Source of the DNA: Ylistrum balloti
Lineage: Eukaryota
Length of the DNA stretch: 64,000 nt
NCBI RefSeq assembly: GCF_031769215.1
Contig: NW_026782163.1
Coordinates: forward strand, 62,001 to 126,000
Direction of reading: 5' to 3'
Shown here: positions 1 to 14,500 of the stretch, piece after piece
Position numbering within the stretch: position 1 is the stretch's first letter
Layout of the letters: every line of letters begins with the position of its first letter
Program-made: the position numbers and the translations under genes
Notes under the pieces: generated by a model
Seen by the model: only the letters and a program-made list of their open reading frames with translations
The model's database searches: none
What the model was told of the DNA's origin: nothing

Positions 1-3000
1 TGTTATTTTTCAATCTAACTGAAAACTGAATGGGCATAACTTGCCAAAATCCAAGATGGCTGCGCATCTGCATTTTTATTTAATGATCAGTCTAAAAATT
101 GAAAATAACCAAGAGGAACTTTCAATCGAAATCTCAGAAATATTCATCCAGTACTTCTCAAGAAATAGTGATAACCCGAATTGTTTAAGGAATGATGATG
201 AACCATAAATCACAAGAAAAGTAGTAAAATCATGCAAAAAATGATTTAAAATTTATGTATTTTCAACATAGTTTATTTTCAAAATGACATGAAAATTAAC
301 AACAATTTCGGAAACAACACACCTTTACTGATATCAATCTCATAATAAGGAAAAATACATTTAATTAAGCCCAGAACAAATTCAGCAATGATTGACATAG
401 ATATACGCACCTCCCAGCACCTGATCTGTCATTACTACACTAAACAAGTATTTACCATTAATGTCACAAAGTATAACTTGTGCTCATTAAACATTTACTG
501 GAGATCACCAAATTATATGAGATGTATAATTTGAACATTATGTTATGAATTTCAGGAAATATCTTTTTTACTCAGATTTCCCATTTCAAAAGTGATAAGT
601 GTGTCATTTGACCCTAAATTAAAAGTTGAAAAAAGACCATCAAAACACATGTAATTAATAATCTGGGGGTAGATATGGAACAAAACATTTGAGCAGTTCA
701 TGAGATAGAGTAATTACAAAAGAGTTCCCTGTGATTGTTGACTTATGACCACAGAAATACAAATACGGTTTTCAGATACATATCTTAATTTCTTGTTAGG
801 TCAACACATGTTATATGGCTTGCCTGACTGAAGATCATGACATCACAATACAAAATGTATTAAACTTATCCCATTTCTAATTAATTTACCTTGACAAAGG
901 CTCTGTCAAAAGACCTGTTTGATAAATCTCTTACAATTCTCTTTATACATCAATTACATTTTAATTGTGGGGTTCATGAGATATCTTGTGCACCATCTCT
1001 TTGATTCAATTGGTCCATACCTTTGACCTTTGGAACATTACTGATGACTACTTATGAGACGTTGTGTGCTGAAGCTTTTTGCTAAAGACACAAGCACAGA
1101 CTCCCTGCAAAAGCAATTACAAAATAAGCTCTCTCTTAATTAGGCTGAGAGAAAACTGCATACAATCTTGAAATGTATCAAACATCTACCATACATTCTC
1201 ACCTTTTCTGAATGGCATCTAAGGTCATATGGCTTTCTAAATCCAATACACTAAGTACTTGGTATGTTTGCTGTCATTAAAGGTGAAATTCAGTACTCAA
1301 CAAACATTTTCACAGTGAATCAAAATGCAAAAAAATATTTTTTCATGTTTGTATATGCAAAATGTAATACATGCAAACCAGCCTAAACATTGATAACTGC
1401 AAAACATCAGCCCTGCAAAAATTTATCAACCATAGAGGAATGCATTACAAATTGTGTGAAAACTGCAATGTCACATTTGTTAAGTAGGACAGTATATTTT
1501 GCTGACTAATGCTTTATATATATTCAATTTACTCTGTATTCACATTTGTTCTCAAACAAAATGATCGTGCCTGATGATATTTACATTGTTAATCATACCT
1601 GTAAATTTACATTGGAATTATAGTATTGCTAAATCCATCAGTGAATCTGTCATCTAATATATCTGTATCTTTCATAACATATTAAGTCTGGAATAATGTG
1701 AAGATTGCCTAACTTATTTCCTTATGTCTTAGCGAATAGAAGATTGATTAAAAAATCAGGTTTATATTTCATGTGATTTGTCACAAAAGTCTCATGTCAT
1801 TTTCATGGTAATGTAACAAATAACCTAAATGTTTAAAAAAAATGAAGTAATGTAAGAAAGTAGTGGAAAATAATATTCGGATATTCCAAAATATGTTTTA
1901 TTATGCAAAAAATATGTAGATATTTCACTCAAGGATTTTTCAATGGGTCAAACGTGTGACTTTCACATGTTCTGATAACTCAGATTTTGCATTCAATGGT
2001 AAATTATCTATATCCCAAACCCCATAATGATGGAAACATTTTTCTTCTTCTATCTTTCATACCTGCCTGATTATGGAAACATTTTTCTCCCACATCTTAT
2101 CATAAGTTTTGGTGAAGCATGACAATTCTAATGCAATATCAAATTGAAGGTACACATACTTAAAACAAATTCATGTTCTTGAACAAAGAGTATGTAATCA
2201 AGACATGTGTTGTAGTATACCGCTCACTAAAAAAACTAGTGCAAAACTCTTAGAGAGTAAGATATTATAAAAATATCACTGATAAATCCTTTGTTAAGCA
2301 CCTGAGGGGCTCTAACTGACATTAATGGATGTAAAACCTGTTAAATGAATAAATATGTTGTCAGAATAACAAAGGCTACTTAAGGTTGGTTCAAAGTCGT
2401 GCCATTGTGCAGAAAGTTGCATATGTTGGCCACCATCTCTGTATAGACGATGATACTGGAGACTAATGGAAATGTCACCATCAACACTGTGTAACATAGA
2501 AAAAGATACTTCAGGATGAGACGAAAAGAATCTTTCACCATCACCAATGTTTGATATAACAGGGACATTTCACCATAAGGATAAAACAAAAGTATCTCAG
2601 ACCTGGAAAAGAAAGGACTCTCTTATCATAGCTCAAAGAAAATGTAACCTGCAATGTGTTTCACATGTGACTGACAAAATCTTACACCCTCTTTGGAATG
2701 AGATGAGGTGATCTCAACCCAAGGAGAAAGATTCTTTAGTAGGTACACATGAGGCTGGTCAAATGATTGCCAGCCCTGAGGTTTGAGAACCACCTATCAC
2801 ACCTTCAGGAGTGTATGATTGGTTTTTTCTTACCCTTCTGGGCTTTTATATGTGTAATATAGAATTATTGCTGTGATGTCATACTATTATCCTGACTGGG
2901 GAATCCCCCTTTTCACTATGTGTTATGACAAGGAAAGTTTACACCAGGAAAAAGGTGGATACACCTGTCCAGGATAGGACAATACAGCACCTATCATATC

Positions 3001-4208
3001 TGCGTATGGAAGATGGGGACACTATGAAATCCTATCAAATAACGTAAAATTTGAGTCTGAATGGATGCTTTGATTGAACTCTATGACTGCAAAATTTGTA
3101 AACAAAGTCAATATTTTGGCAAGGTACAGGTTAAGAAAAATATATGGCACGAAATGTACACCAGAACATTAAAGAGTACTTCAAAAGTTTCATGGTAAGT
3201 TTCATTCATTGTAATCATTCCTATACACTGAGGAAACTATGCCAAATGACCATGAATTGTCACCTGTGAAAATGTTTGCTGATATCTTTGTAAATATTTT
3301 GAGCACTTGTAATATTTGTGATGAATTCACAAATTTCAGTTTTCCTTATACAGGTATCTGGCTAGGTCCACAACTGGGAATCAATGGGTGTAATATATAT
3401 GGCATATTTATCCCACAGTAGGCATTATGTATGTCACATAAACGGAGGCAGGAGAAATATCAGACAAGTATACATGAAGATGTGTGGAAGAAATATGTTT
3501 CATAAACCTGGACATGTACAAAAGGTTGGGGAGAAATTAAGTTTCTTATTCATACATATCAGGAAGAATTTTTGTATTTAACTATACATATAGGTTTGGG
3601 ATAGTTGGTTTTGTTACACATAAAGTTGTTGGAAAAACGATATAAATCTGCAACACAATCACAATAAAATGTCACACTTGGATGCCAAAGAATGTTATAT
3701 AGTATCTAATGTACAATTTATTTAACAGTTCATTGGATCTGATAAGTAACTCCAATAAAACATTTTTCTAACTATTATCTAAAAATGACAAAACTGAATT
3801 ATACAAACACTTATATCATTAATCTGAGAAACTTGTACATTTCAAATGTCAGAATAAATGGATTTTAGTTTTTTTCTATCTCTGGCTTAGTATTTATAGT
3901 CTTGGGATAAGACAGAGCCTTGCAGACAAATGTATTGTGTACAAGTGTTTGCCTGCAAAGCTCTGCAGATTATTTCCTGATTAAAACTAAAATAAATAAT
4001 TTAACATTTTGTAATCCTTTAAATACATGAAGAACAGCCATATCCATTTTGTTGTCTCTACATTAAAAAATTAGTGAAAACAGTTATGGATGTTAATTAC
4101 TATAAGTTAGATTACAATTTCTTTCTGGTTACTTTATAATATTATTGATTGTAATATGAACTTGATTTTCAATAAAAAATTTCGACAGTTTTGCCTTTTA
4201 TAATATTT

Positions 4209-4395
4209 TACAATATTTACAACCTTAAGAAACATATGTTTAAAAAACAGGACATACAGGTGAAAAGATATGAAATCAGTTCAAGTAAAACTGCTTAGAG
4301 GTGTGCAAGGCAGTTTTACTTAAACTGATTTCATATCTTTTCATCTGTATGTCCTGTTTTTTATACATATGTTTCTTAAGGTTGTAAAAATTGTA
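4209..4395. repeat. Long near-perfect inverted repeat (about 86-bp arms, 15-nt loop)
   Basis: Arm 4209-4294 is the reverse complement of arm 4310-4395 with about 4 mismatches, e.g. CAACCTTAAGAAACATATG...GTAAAACTGC / GCAGTTTTAC...CATATGTTTCTTAAGGTTG. Confidence 0.95.
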
Positions 4396-5558
4396 CATTT
4401 TAATATGTCTTGACCATACGAAAGATGAGCTCTATGCTCAATATGTAATCAAGAATAAATAAAGACGATTATTATTATTATTACAGGCAAATGGCACATA
4501 CACTTCATTTACTTAATGAATCTTTTCAAAATTTGCTGTAACAAAATTTTCAGTTTTATGAACAAAGTTGAATTTGAAGAACCGTGGACAACTCTACCAA
4601 GACATTTGTAAATGAAAAACATGTACATAGCAAAACGGAGGAAAAAACCTGGTCAACTTAAGGCAAACTTGAAAATCTGACTGGTTTACACAAATATACA
4701 GAAAGCATTTAGAATTTTGTTCTTCCTTCTTTCATTGATTACAAATCAAGAAAGCTTATATAAGGCTTGTGTTAGATACAAGTCACCTTCTCTGTTTGCA
4801 TATGGGAATAATTTAGGCTGAATTTGATACGTTTTTTACAGAGTCCCATGACTTCTGTACGAACACAACACATGTAATCTTCATACATTTTTTAACAAGA
4901 CTGATCTGTGCAAAGTGGAGACCTGTAAATAAACTGATTTCAGTAAAGTTAAAATAATGTATAAAAATGTCATATGATCAACAGCATTAATCATACAAAC
5001 AGTACTCGGACAGGAATAAATTAAATAGGGTAAACTTTCAATCCCTCCTCTTTATACCAGCATTGTATAAGAACAAAACCAAGAGGCCTGTTGGGCTTGT
5101 CTCACTCACCTGGCTTATTTTACTCAAATAGATTAACTTAAACTAAAGGAAAATTATTTTAAATACTTGTGTCTATTTCTCTATTAGGTCTCATAACCCA
5201 AGAATGCTTCAGACCCCACTCCCTCAAACTTTCTTTTCATATCTAAATCTATCAGAGGATTAAACTATTAAGGGCTTCAACAGGTATTTCATCAAAGCCT
5301 TTTTATTTCAAAAGTGTTGAACAGCAACCTTTGAACTTAAACCATGACTGATGACCAAAATCTTTCCTAGTATAGACCATGGTGAAGAGATGCTAAAGTG
5401 TAATTAGGAAGTAAATTTATCCATGAGACTCATGAGACATCTTGTACACAAGATTATAACCGACGGATGCATGCACTCATGGATGTATAGACAGTGATAA
5501 CTAAATACCCCTTTACATTAATGAAGGGTATAATGATACACTTGTACACAAGTTAGAG

Positions 5559-8500
5559 CTAGGACTGTGTGCACAGACTTGGTAAATTGTCCACCTTGAC
5601 CTGGTGTTCACGTGACCTTGACCTCCACACTTTGATTGAACAATCATCGCTGACTGTGATGAGTGTCTCTGTGTCACGTGGATTAAAGGCCACTGAGTTT
5701 ACAACATCCGTGTGAGGAAAGCGTGCCAGGCAAACACCATAGTGGCGATCCCATATATAACCATGTCTGTCCTCTGCTCCACTGAAAATTATATACAAAA
5801 CATGATTATACAAGGAGATGAACACAAATAATTTAAAAACTAACTTGATGATAGGAACATAGATAAAGGTTTATGGAAATTTTGAATTAACATGGGTGAA
5901 AAAGTATACATATGAACAATTCATTTTCATGCAAGTTCACCGGAGTTGAATTTTTGTTTCTAACAAATGACAAGCACAAACTTTAACAAAACTGCTTTAT
6001 CCCATATCTAGCATACAGATTAAAGCCTGCAGACTATTGCTTGTAGCAAGTGAGAATTTACAATGCAGAAGTTTGAACAAATCCTACTCTAAGGGGCCAA
6101 GCAGTTTTCAAAACATTGAACCTACTTGACAACAAAATCCAACCTGTCTTGATATTCCAACATCTGAACAAACTTGGTATCCCTTCATCCCATTTTGCTA
6201 CAGGTCCAATATAATACCTCTGGGCCTTTTGGTTATTGAGAAAAAACTTTATGATTTTAGGTTTATTTGTCCCCTGTGACCTTGAAAGTGGTTCAAGGTC
6301 ATTCATTAGAAAAAAACTTGGTAGCCCTTCATCCCATATCAGACCTCTGGGCCTTCTAGTATTGAGAAGAAGTAAAAAAAAATATCAATTGTTTATGATG
6401 GACGACACAGGATACACAACACACAACACACAACTCACAACACAAGATGCACTACACAGGAGGTTGGACAAAAGGTGACCAAAAAGGTCACCTGAGACTT
6501 TGTCATCAGATCATCAACACATATGGAATCAATAGACATCAATACATCAACAGACATCAATAGATAACAACAGACGTCAATACACATCAACAGATGTCAA
6601 TAAACATCAACAGACATCAATACACATCAACAAACATCAATACATATCAACAGACATCAATACACATCAACAAACATCAATACATATCAACAGACATCAA
6701 TACACATTAACAAACATCAACACATATCAACAGACATCAATACACATCAACAGACATCAATACACATCAACAGAAATCAATACACATCAACAGACATTTA
6801 TAGATAACAACAGACGTCAATAGATAACGACAGACAACAATACACATCAACAAACATTTATAGATAACAACAGACATCAATAGATAATGACAGACATCAA
6901 TACACATCAACAGACATCAATACACATCAACAGATGTCAATACATATCAACAGACATCAATACACATCAACAGAAATCAATACACATCAACAGACATTTA
7001 TAGATAACAACAGACGTCAATTGATAACGACAGACATCAATACACATCAACAAACATTTATAGATAACAACAGACATCAATAGATAATGACAGACATCAA
7101 TACACATCAACAGACATCAATACACATCAACAGATGTCAATACATATCAACAGACATCAATACACATCAACAGAAATCAATACACATCAACAGACATTTA
7201 TAGATAACAACAGACGTCAATTGATAACGACAGACATCAATACACATCAACAAACATTTATAGATAACAACAGACGTCAATAGACAACAACTGATGTCAA
7301 CAGACATTCCAGATGAATGTTGTTTTACTGTGAAAGTCATATGTATCAAAGGCACAAAGTCTTATTCCTCCTACCTTGCAACATAGTCTTTACAAACATC
7401 TAGGAAGATGAAGAAGCATTCATCATTTGGTGTATAGGCTTTGTGAGATCTGTGCATGGTTCCAACTTCCTTCATCTTAAGTAGATCAATGACATGGATA
7501 TCTATCTCCTGGGCTATTGGTGGTGGGTACAGAGCATTCTCTATACAATAATTCTTTGGCCATGGTCGATTGTTTACATAGAGATATCTGACAACAAAGA
7601 AATTTCCTTGTTACCTTATATATACAAATATTGAATTAAAATTCAACTCTTTCTAAGCAAAAGTCATACACACATATACATGCAAGTTTCAGCCATACTT
7701 GAAGCTATGAGATTACGCATGACACAAACAGCTTCTGCATGTTAATCATAAAAGAGTCTTTTCAACATACACTAATCATTTGGTCCAATACCTGGTACGG
7801 CCAGTCCATAAATTGGAACAAAGTGATAACTGTATAGTTGTTTAATTTTGCAGGCCTAATATCTCATGGTTCAGGAGTAATAAATTACAGTGGTTAGGGA
7901 CTAACTTTGTTAGACAATGGTATTCTCACAGTGAGTTGGGGACATAGCCCACATCTGGAGAAAGGGTCTTGAGGCTAGGAAGAAAATCTATGGGCAAAGA
8001 GAGAATGGCAATGATAGAATTCAGAAGACATAAACACAAGCAAGATGTACTGAATGCATTTCACAAAAAAAAGGAGGGAGGCAATGATAAAATGAAAGTA
8101 AAGGTGAAAGAAGACTTCTGTTAACTATCAGAAAAATAAAAAAAAAACTGTACTATTATCTAGAGATGACAAGGTCTATGGCATGGGTTGGACAAAGCAC
8201 ACACCAGATCAATCACATTGTGATCAAAGGCTGTACATTCTCTATAGCTATCATAGCGTTGAGAAAGACAGAGGGGAAAAAAAGTGCTTTCGTGTTGGTT
8301 GGAGAAATTTTCAAGACAGAGACATGACCAAGATCCAAGTACATGCAGTAATATTAACTGATATCATTGAATGTGAATGGTCTGATGAACCTTGTAACTA
8401 GTTCCTTTTCTGATTGTTTGAAACAGTGTGATGTTATTAGTGCGGCAAAACTTTTTGTAGAACAAAGGAAGAATCTGAAAATGTGCCACAGTGATCAAGG

Positions 8501-11500
8501 TAGAAATTCTGGAGGTATATGAATATTTATATCAGGGGACAAAAATATCCTTCTAATTTGAAAGAGTTCTTTGTCATACTCAGAATGGTATATTTTTTGT
8601 TATGAGGAAATCTGTGGAGCTACTGAACAAGGACACAATATTTAGTTTGAAGTATATTCCTCCAGCAACTCTTACTCAGTAAAGAAACTCACAGGAATTG
8701 GGTAGAATCTTTAGAATGAAAGTTCAATTAGTTATTAGTAGAGTTTTACCGACAATGATTACAATAGAATGAGGAGAGTAATATTTCACTGATTGCTTTA
8801 ACTCTTCATGTACTCAAGCATCTGAGGATACATTAATAAAAGAATTGGTATTCATAAGTTGAATGGCAGGGCAGGCAATGATCACGATGGGAACTTCAGT
8901 TTTTTGTTATATGTAGCTAGGCAATTGCAAGATGAGGTGGATGAGACTGTCCAGACATTAGCCAAGATAATTTCAAATGTTGAAGAAGAATGTGGAATGC
9001 ATATTAATATGTCTCTTGATGGAAGACAGGACACTAAAGCAATCACCCTGGTAGGATGACAAATGCTGAGAAATATCAGCTTATTAGCTGCTTGGCAAGT
9101 TTCAAGTATAAAACCTATATTAAGATTAAGTGCTGTACAGAAAATGTAGAAATAAGTTTTTAAAAAATCTGCAAACAGAAAACTGAGCATGAGAAAAAGA
9201 GAATTCATAGTTTACAAATTTAGGTGCATGATGAGTGAATCTGTGACTTATGGAGAAATATGAAAGCATTTAATAGAAATTCTATTAACTATAACATATC
9301 TGGTGAAAATGGTGTGAATATTTCAACAAGTGTACTACTGGGCACCAAAGAATTATATGGAAATGGTAATAATGAGTCAACATGTTTAGAGGGAATACAA
9401 TAAGTTTAAATGATAGATAAGAAATGGATGGAAAACAGAATCACTGTCCAAATATTGCGGCCATCGAACTTGCTTCAGCTATCATAATAATAAACCTTAC
9501 TATGAAATTTGAAGCTGATCTGTCAGAACTATGATACTCAAGTTATTGAGCAGACACCTCGTGTGTCACGCTCCCACTCATAACAATTGCGCCCCATCTT
9601 TCCATGGGCTTATAAAAAGCTAATAAATAACACAAATTTTAGTGTATATACTACTTTTAAAGAAGAAGTATGAGTTTGGTCATAGAGAACCTGTGTTCAT
9701 TGAAATATTGGACATTAAGTAAGTCTTGAAGAAATCAAGATGGTCATTAGAAGAAATTAATAACATCATTAAACAAAGGAACTTCAAAATAGCAAAGCAC
9801 CAGATGCAGAAGGGATTCTTAATGAGCAGTTAAAGTGTGCCAACAGGATGCTGATGCCCTACCTGCACACACTGCACAATCATATCAATAAAACCAACAT
9901 GTTTCTGACAACTGATGGGAGGGAAAGGCTGTAATAAGGTATGCAATTGCATAAGAAGGGGAATATGTCTGAGACTAATAATTATAAAGGGATTTCATTA
10001 CTTTCTGTACTGGGAAAAGTGTTCACTAAAATCTTAAATAATAATCTGGTAAAATGATGTGAAAGAATAAAAAGAATTTATGAAGAACAGTGTGTGTAAA
10101 AAAAGGATACAGTACCTGTGACAATATATTTGTACTGAAATCATTAGTACAGAAATATTTAAGAGAAGATTTTACTTTTTCATTTTCACAGACTATTTCA
10201 AAGCATATGACAATATACAGCAGTACTTATTAATGTTTGTCTCCTTAAAAACAGGTATAACAGGTTGTTTTGCAAGAGTCGTTGACTCCAATAGCATAAG
10301 CATGCAATTATGACCATATGTACAGTTTGAGAGTTTACTATCATTGGAGAGAGATTTGACTGTAGGGTCAGAAGGGTGTATGTTTGGTTAGTCTGATGTT
10401 GTTAACCTTGTATCTGATAAACTTAACAGAAATGCTTATGGATGAGAAACATGATGCAATATATGTAAATAAGAGAGTGTGATATACCTCATCTTAATTG
10501 TACACAGGTGAGGTGTTCGGGATATTGTAATAAGACAGCAGAAAGATATCAACGGTGTCCAAATGCTCTGTGATTGCTTAAAGGTAAATATTAGAAAAAA
10601 CAAGTTGGTTGTATTTTGATGGGGTGTCATCAAAATTTTGAAAAAGAAGAAACTATATCTTTTCACTTCAAGGCTGTCATGACGCAACCCCTGTGATGAT
10701 CTGTCAAAACAGGTAGCAGAGCCCATGAATATGCTCTTATGATCAAGGACTTTTCTTGTCTGATAGAATGATTGTACCAATTCTTTGTTATATTTTTGAG
10801 ATCTGAGGGTATGAAGAGGTGAATTGTATAGAAAAAGTACATCTTAAGTTTTGAAGCCTCTTCTAGGCATGTCTTCCAATACAAGAATAGCTGTTTTCCT
10901 TGGTGAGTTGGGCAGATATCTACTGCACACCAAGTAAATGTACACCCTATTATATAATGAATACTGGCTAATGAAAGTATTAGGTACAATGAAACTAGGC
11001 TTCCATATGTTTGTTACATGTTACTTAAAGTTGATCAGTCAGTGTCTCATTTTTCGCCATTTACACATAGTCTATATGAAAGCAAATTTACAACCCAGAC
11101 ATAAAAAATTAACAAGAGGAAATAAATCTGTATTAAGCGGTTTCAGTCCTTGAATTTGGTACAATGGACATACTCTTAATATGACCAATGTATACACCAC
11201 ACCAAGTTTCATGATCCTAGTGTTAATAGTAACCAAGCTTAAGTCATGCTTCATACAAAAACATTTTTAACAAAGGGCAATAACTCTGTAATTAAGGGGT
11301 TGTGAGCCCTGACATTTGTACACTGCACACCATCTTAGTACGTCATGTACATCATGTTTTATCATCCTAATTTAAATGTAATCAATTTAAATACATAGAC
11401 TCAAAACTTTAACAAAGGGCAATAATTTTTTAACAAAGGGTTTGCAGACTCTGAATTTGATAGACTACACATTGTGTTTGTATGACTAATGTATACATGG

Positions 11501-14500
11501 ATTCATTATCCTTGTTTAAATGTAAGGAAATATTAAACAAAGGGCAGTAACTCTGTACCTGAGAGGATGTGGGCCCTAATTTTTTACCAGTGCACATTGA
11601 TTAGTATGAGACCAACATAAACATCAAGATTCATCATTCTTATTTAACTGTGGGTAAATATATGCTACAGACATGAAAAGACAGTCAATCAATGCATGCT
11701 TACAAACCAGGTATTCAACAGGAAACTGTGAAACTTCCTGTATATATTCAGAGAAGTGATAAAGACAAAGCAGGAGAGACTATCAAGTTTTTCAAGGCTG
11801 CAAATGAAGTTGCAATCTTATCTCTTTTTTCATAACAATTATCTTTTCCTGGATAGGTAAATTCACAATTTTTCCTGATGTGAGATTTCCTTGTCCCACC
11901 CTCTGGATGATAAGACTACACATGCCCCATGCACTTTCTGGAAACAGCTTAGGTGACATCACCGATATAATCCGGAGGTGGAATTACTTTTATGAGATCA
12001 CACATATATACCTAATATCATCTGCTAATGAAATCTTGTGTTATCCTCAAAAATGAAAATCCTGTGTTATCATAAAGATTGAAACTTATCTCCATCCAAA
12101 ACTTACTATTCAACATATGTCTAAAATATCAAAAGTATACTTTTATTTGACATTATATTGGCATGTACACTGGAGTTATATTTTGTGTAAGATAGATCAC
12201 AAAGCCTGAAGCGTCTGAGGTGCGAGTCTTGTCACTATTCATACACCATTCACATCTGTTAGTTTACACACAATACAATTGCTTCACCCTTTTTAAGGGT
12301 CAGAAAAGGGATCTCAACGCTCAGAAGAAGATTATTAAGCAGTCAAACACAAGGCTTACTTAACCTTCCTCCATGAGTTGAGATCCCCCAATCTCATCCT
12401 GAAGAGATGAAAGATTCTTATTAGTCTTCGGTGATTATATCTTTTAGTTACCATTATGAAAGGGAAAGTATTTCTGTGGCAGTGATTTGAAGTCAACTGG
12501 AATAAATACCTGTTATCTGGAGAGAAGCACATGCCAATGATATGACCATGCATGTCAATGATCTTGTCCACATTATCATTTGGTTGGTCATCCGACATCT
12601 GCTCATTTGTTTTAGGAAGTAAACACAATTTGGAGTCAGAACCCTCCACCTTTGCAAGTGACTTGATACGTTTAATACCAATCTGGTGTGGTGTGTAGGT
12701 CTCTGAACCCATTGTAAACACAAGATACTTATCCCTCATGGTGGTATACTTTTTCTCAGATGCGAGTTTGTTTTCACTCAGATTATGATCTGGCCTATCC
12801 ATATCACTGTTTGCTACAACACAATACTTTGGCGAATTTCTGGCAGTAGTGGCTTCCCTTGTGGCTAAGTACTTTGTCTGTAAGGGAGAGCCATACACTG
12901 ACCCATCCACATACATTCCGGAGTGACAAAAGTCCTCACAATACTCCTCTTCATCCTCTTCATCTGACAACATATCCCCTAAGCCCTGACTCTCCTCATA
13001 ACAATCTGCACTGTTACCATCTTTAACACGTTTCTGGCGATCATGCTGGATACAGCTAGTTACTATAGGCAAAGTATTTGTCATCCGACTTTCACTGATA
13101 CAGGTTGTTATCCTAGCACTGGTCAGTCTAGACATATCTAAACCATCAGGTTGGCTTTCTGTCATGGTACCAGAGTGTCTGTGCATAGAACTATTTTTGG
13201 ATGTTGCATTGGTTCTCGAAAGTTTGTCATTATTACAAAAGAGACTTGAGTTTCCAGATTGGCTTGTTACCATAGAAATTGGTTTTGAGTCAGAACTACA
13301 TTCCGCCTGTTCGGAGTCCAGGACAAACTGAATCTCGTCTTGTGCCTGACGATAGTCCTGACCATATTCAATTGTCCCATTACGCCGATCATTATTTTCA
13401 TCTTCATCCAGCTGAATAAATCTGTTTTGAAATGCACCGTTTTCATAAACCTGTACACTCTGGACATTCCGAGCAGTGCCACCTGAAGCTCCCTGTACAT
13501 TTTGGGTCTCCCCAAAGTCAGAATCCTCCACAATGTCATCATTTCGTAGATTACTGTCCACAAGCATGTTAGCTCCTTGTGTACACTTGGTCAAGTGATT
13601 GTCAACCACACTGTCAACACAGCTGTAGTCTGTTTCCTCTGCATAATCTGCTACCATTATAGTACGGATTGAGCTCGCGTTGACATTGTAAAAACGGTAG
13701 AGCCTCATCACCACTGACTCATGTTCCGATTCCGTTTCCTGTGAGGCCTTGTTTAGCCATAGTGTTGAACATGACTGTAACTGTCCAGTCCAGTGAAGGT
13801 TCCCAGACAACAAGTAGTGGTCATTATACCACGTCCCAAATACATCATATGGCTTGTTTATCACACGGGCTTGCAGCTCAAACTCACCTGTAAAGTTTAG
13901 TTAATCCATGTAGTGATTTATAACAATACAATAACTTTACATACACATGAACATTTATATGTATAATATTGATAACATTAAGCCTATGTATTCTATGAAG
14001 CAATCAGGAAATCATTCTATAGGTCATAGAGACGTACTGTAATACATCTCATCATTGTGACATTGCTTAAAAGTTACGGTTCTTCATCTGAACAAATGTG
14101 ATGATCTCCAATCAAGCCAGAAGGTTTCAAGCAAAGTATAATCATTCAGATCATCATGTTATACACAACGAGACAATTTGGCAAATTGCAGTTCCCCTGA
14201 TCAAATGTGAATTTACTTCTGAAGAATGCAGTGTAAATGAACTAAGAAGTAGTGCAGGAGATAGAGCCCAGACAAACTATTTTTAATTTGATGTAGATTA
14301 TAGGTACATATAAAATGTAGGTCAGATTGACCTACTTTTGATGCTTGACAAACCACCTCATTTAAGTGATCCCAAGTCCTAAGTATGAAGTTCAAGTGAC
14401 AAGTAGTGAAGAGGTAGAGCCCAGACTAACTTTTGCTCTGACGAAAGCTATGTCAAAATGTAGGTCAGAGTGACCTACTTATGATACACAACACACACCC

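Noticed and set aside
2312-2589. Two overlapping minus-strand ORFs (61 and 69 aa) near a good acceptor at about 2602
   Set aside because: No recognisable motif, stops upstream in the longer open frame, and no partner exons could be phased.
6058-6478. ORFs of 82 aa (-) and 80 aa (+) in the last FBXW5 intron
   Set aside because: They lie in an interspersed repeat remnant with an (ACACA)n stretch and show no protein-like conservation.
7167-7355. 62-aa ORF with a repeated LTSVVIYKCLLMCID
   Set aside because: It is just the translation of the 20-bp satellite.
12493-13563. ORFs of 76 and 98 aa overlapping the large FBXW5 exon
   Set aside because: These are alternative frames of a real coding exon, with no independent evidence.
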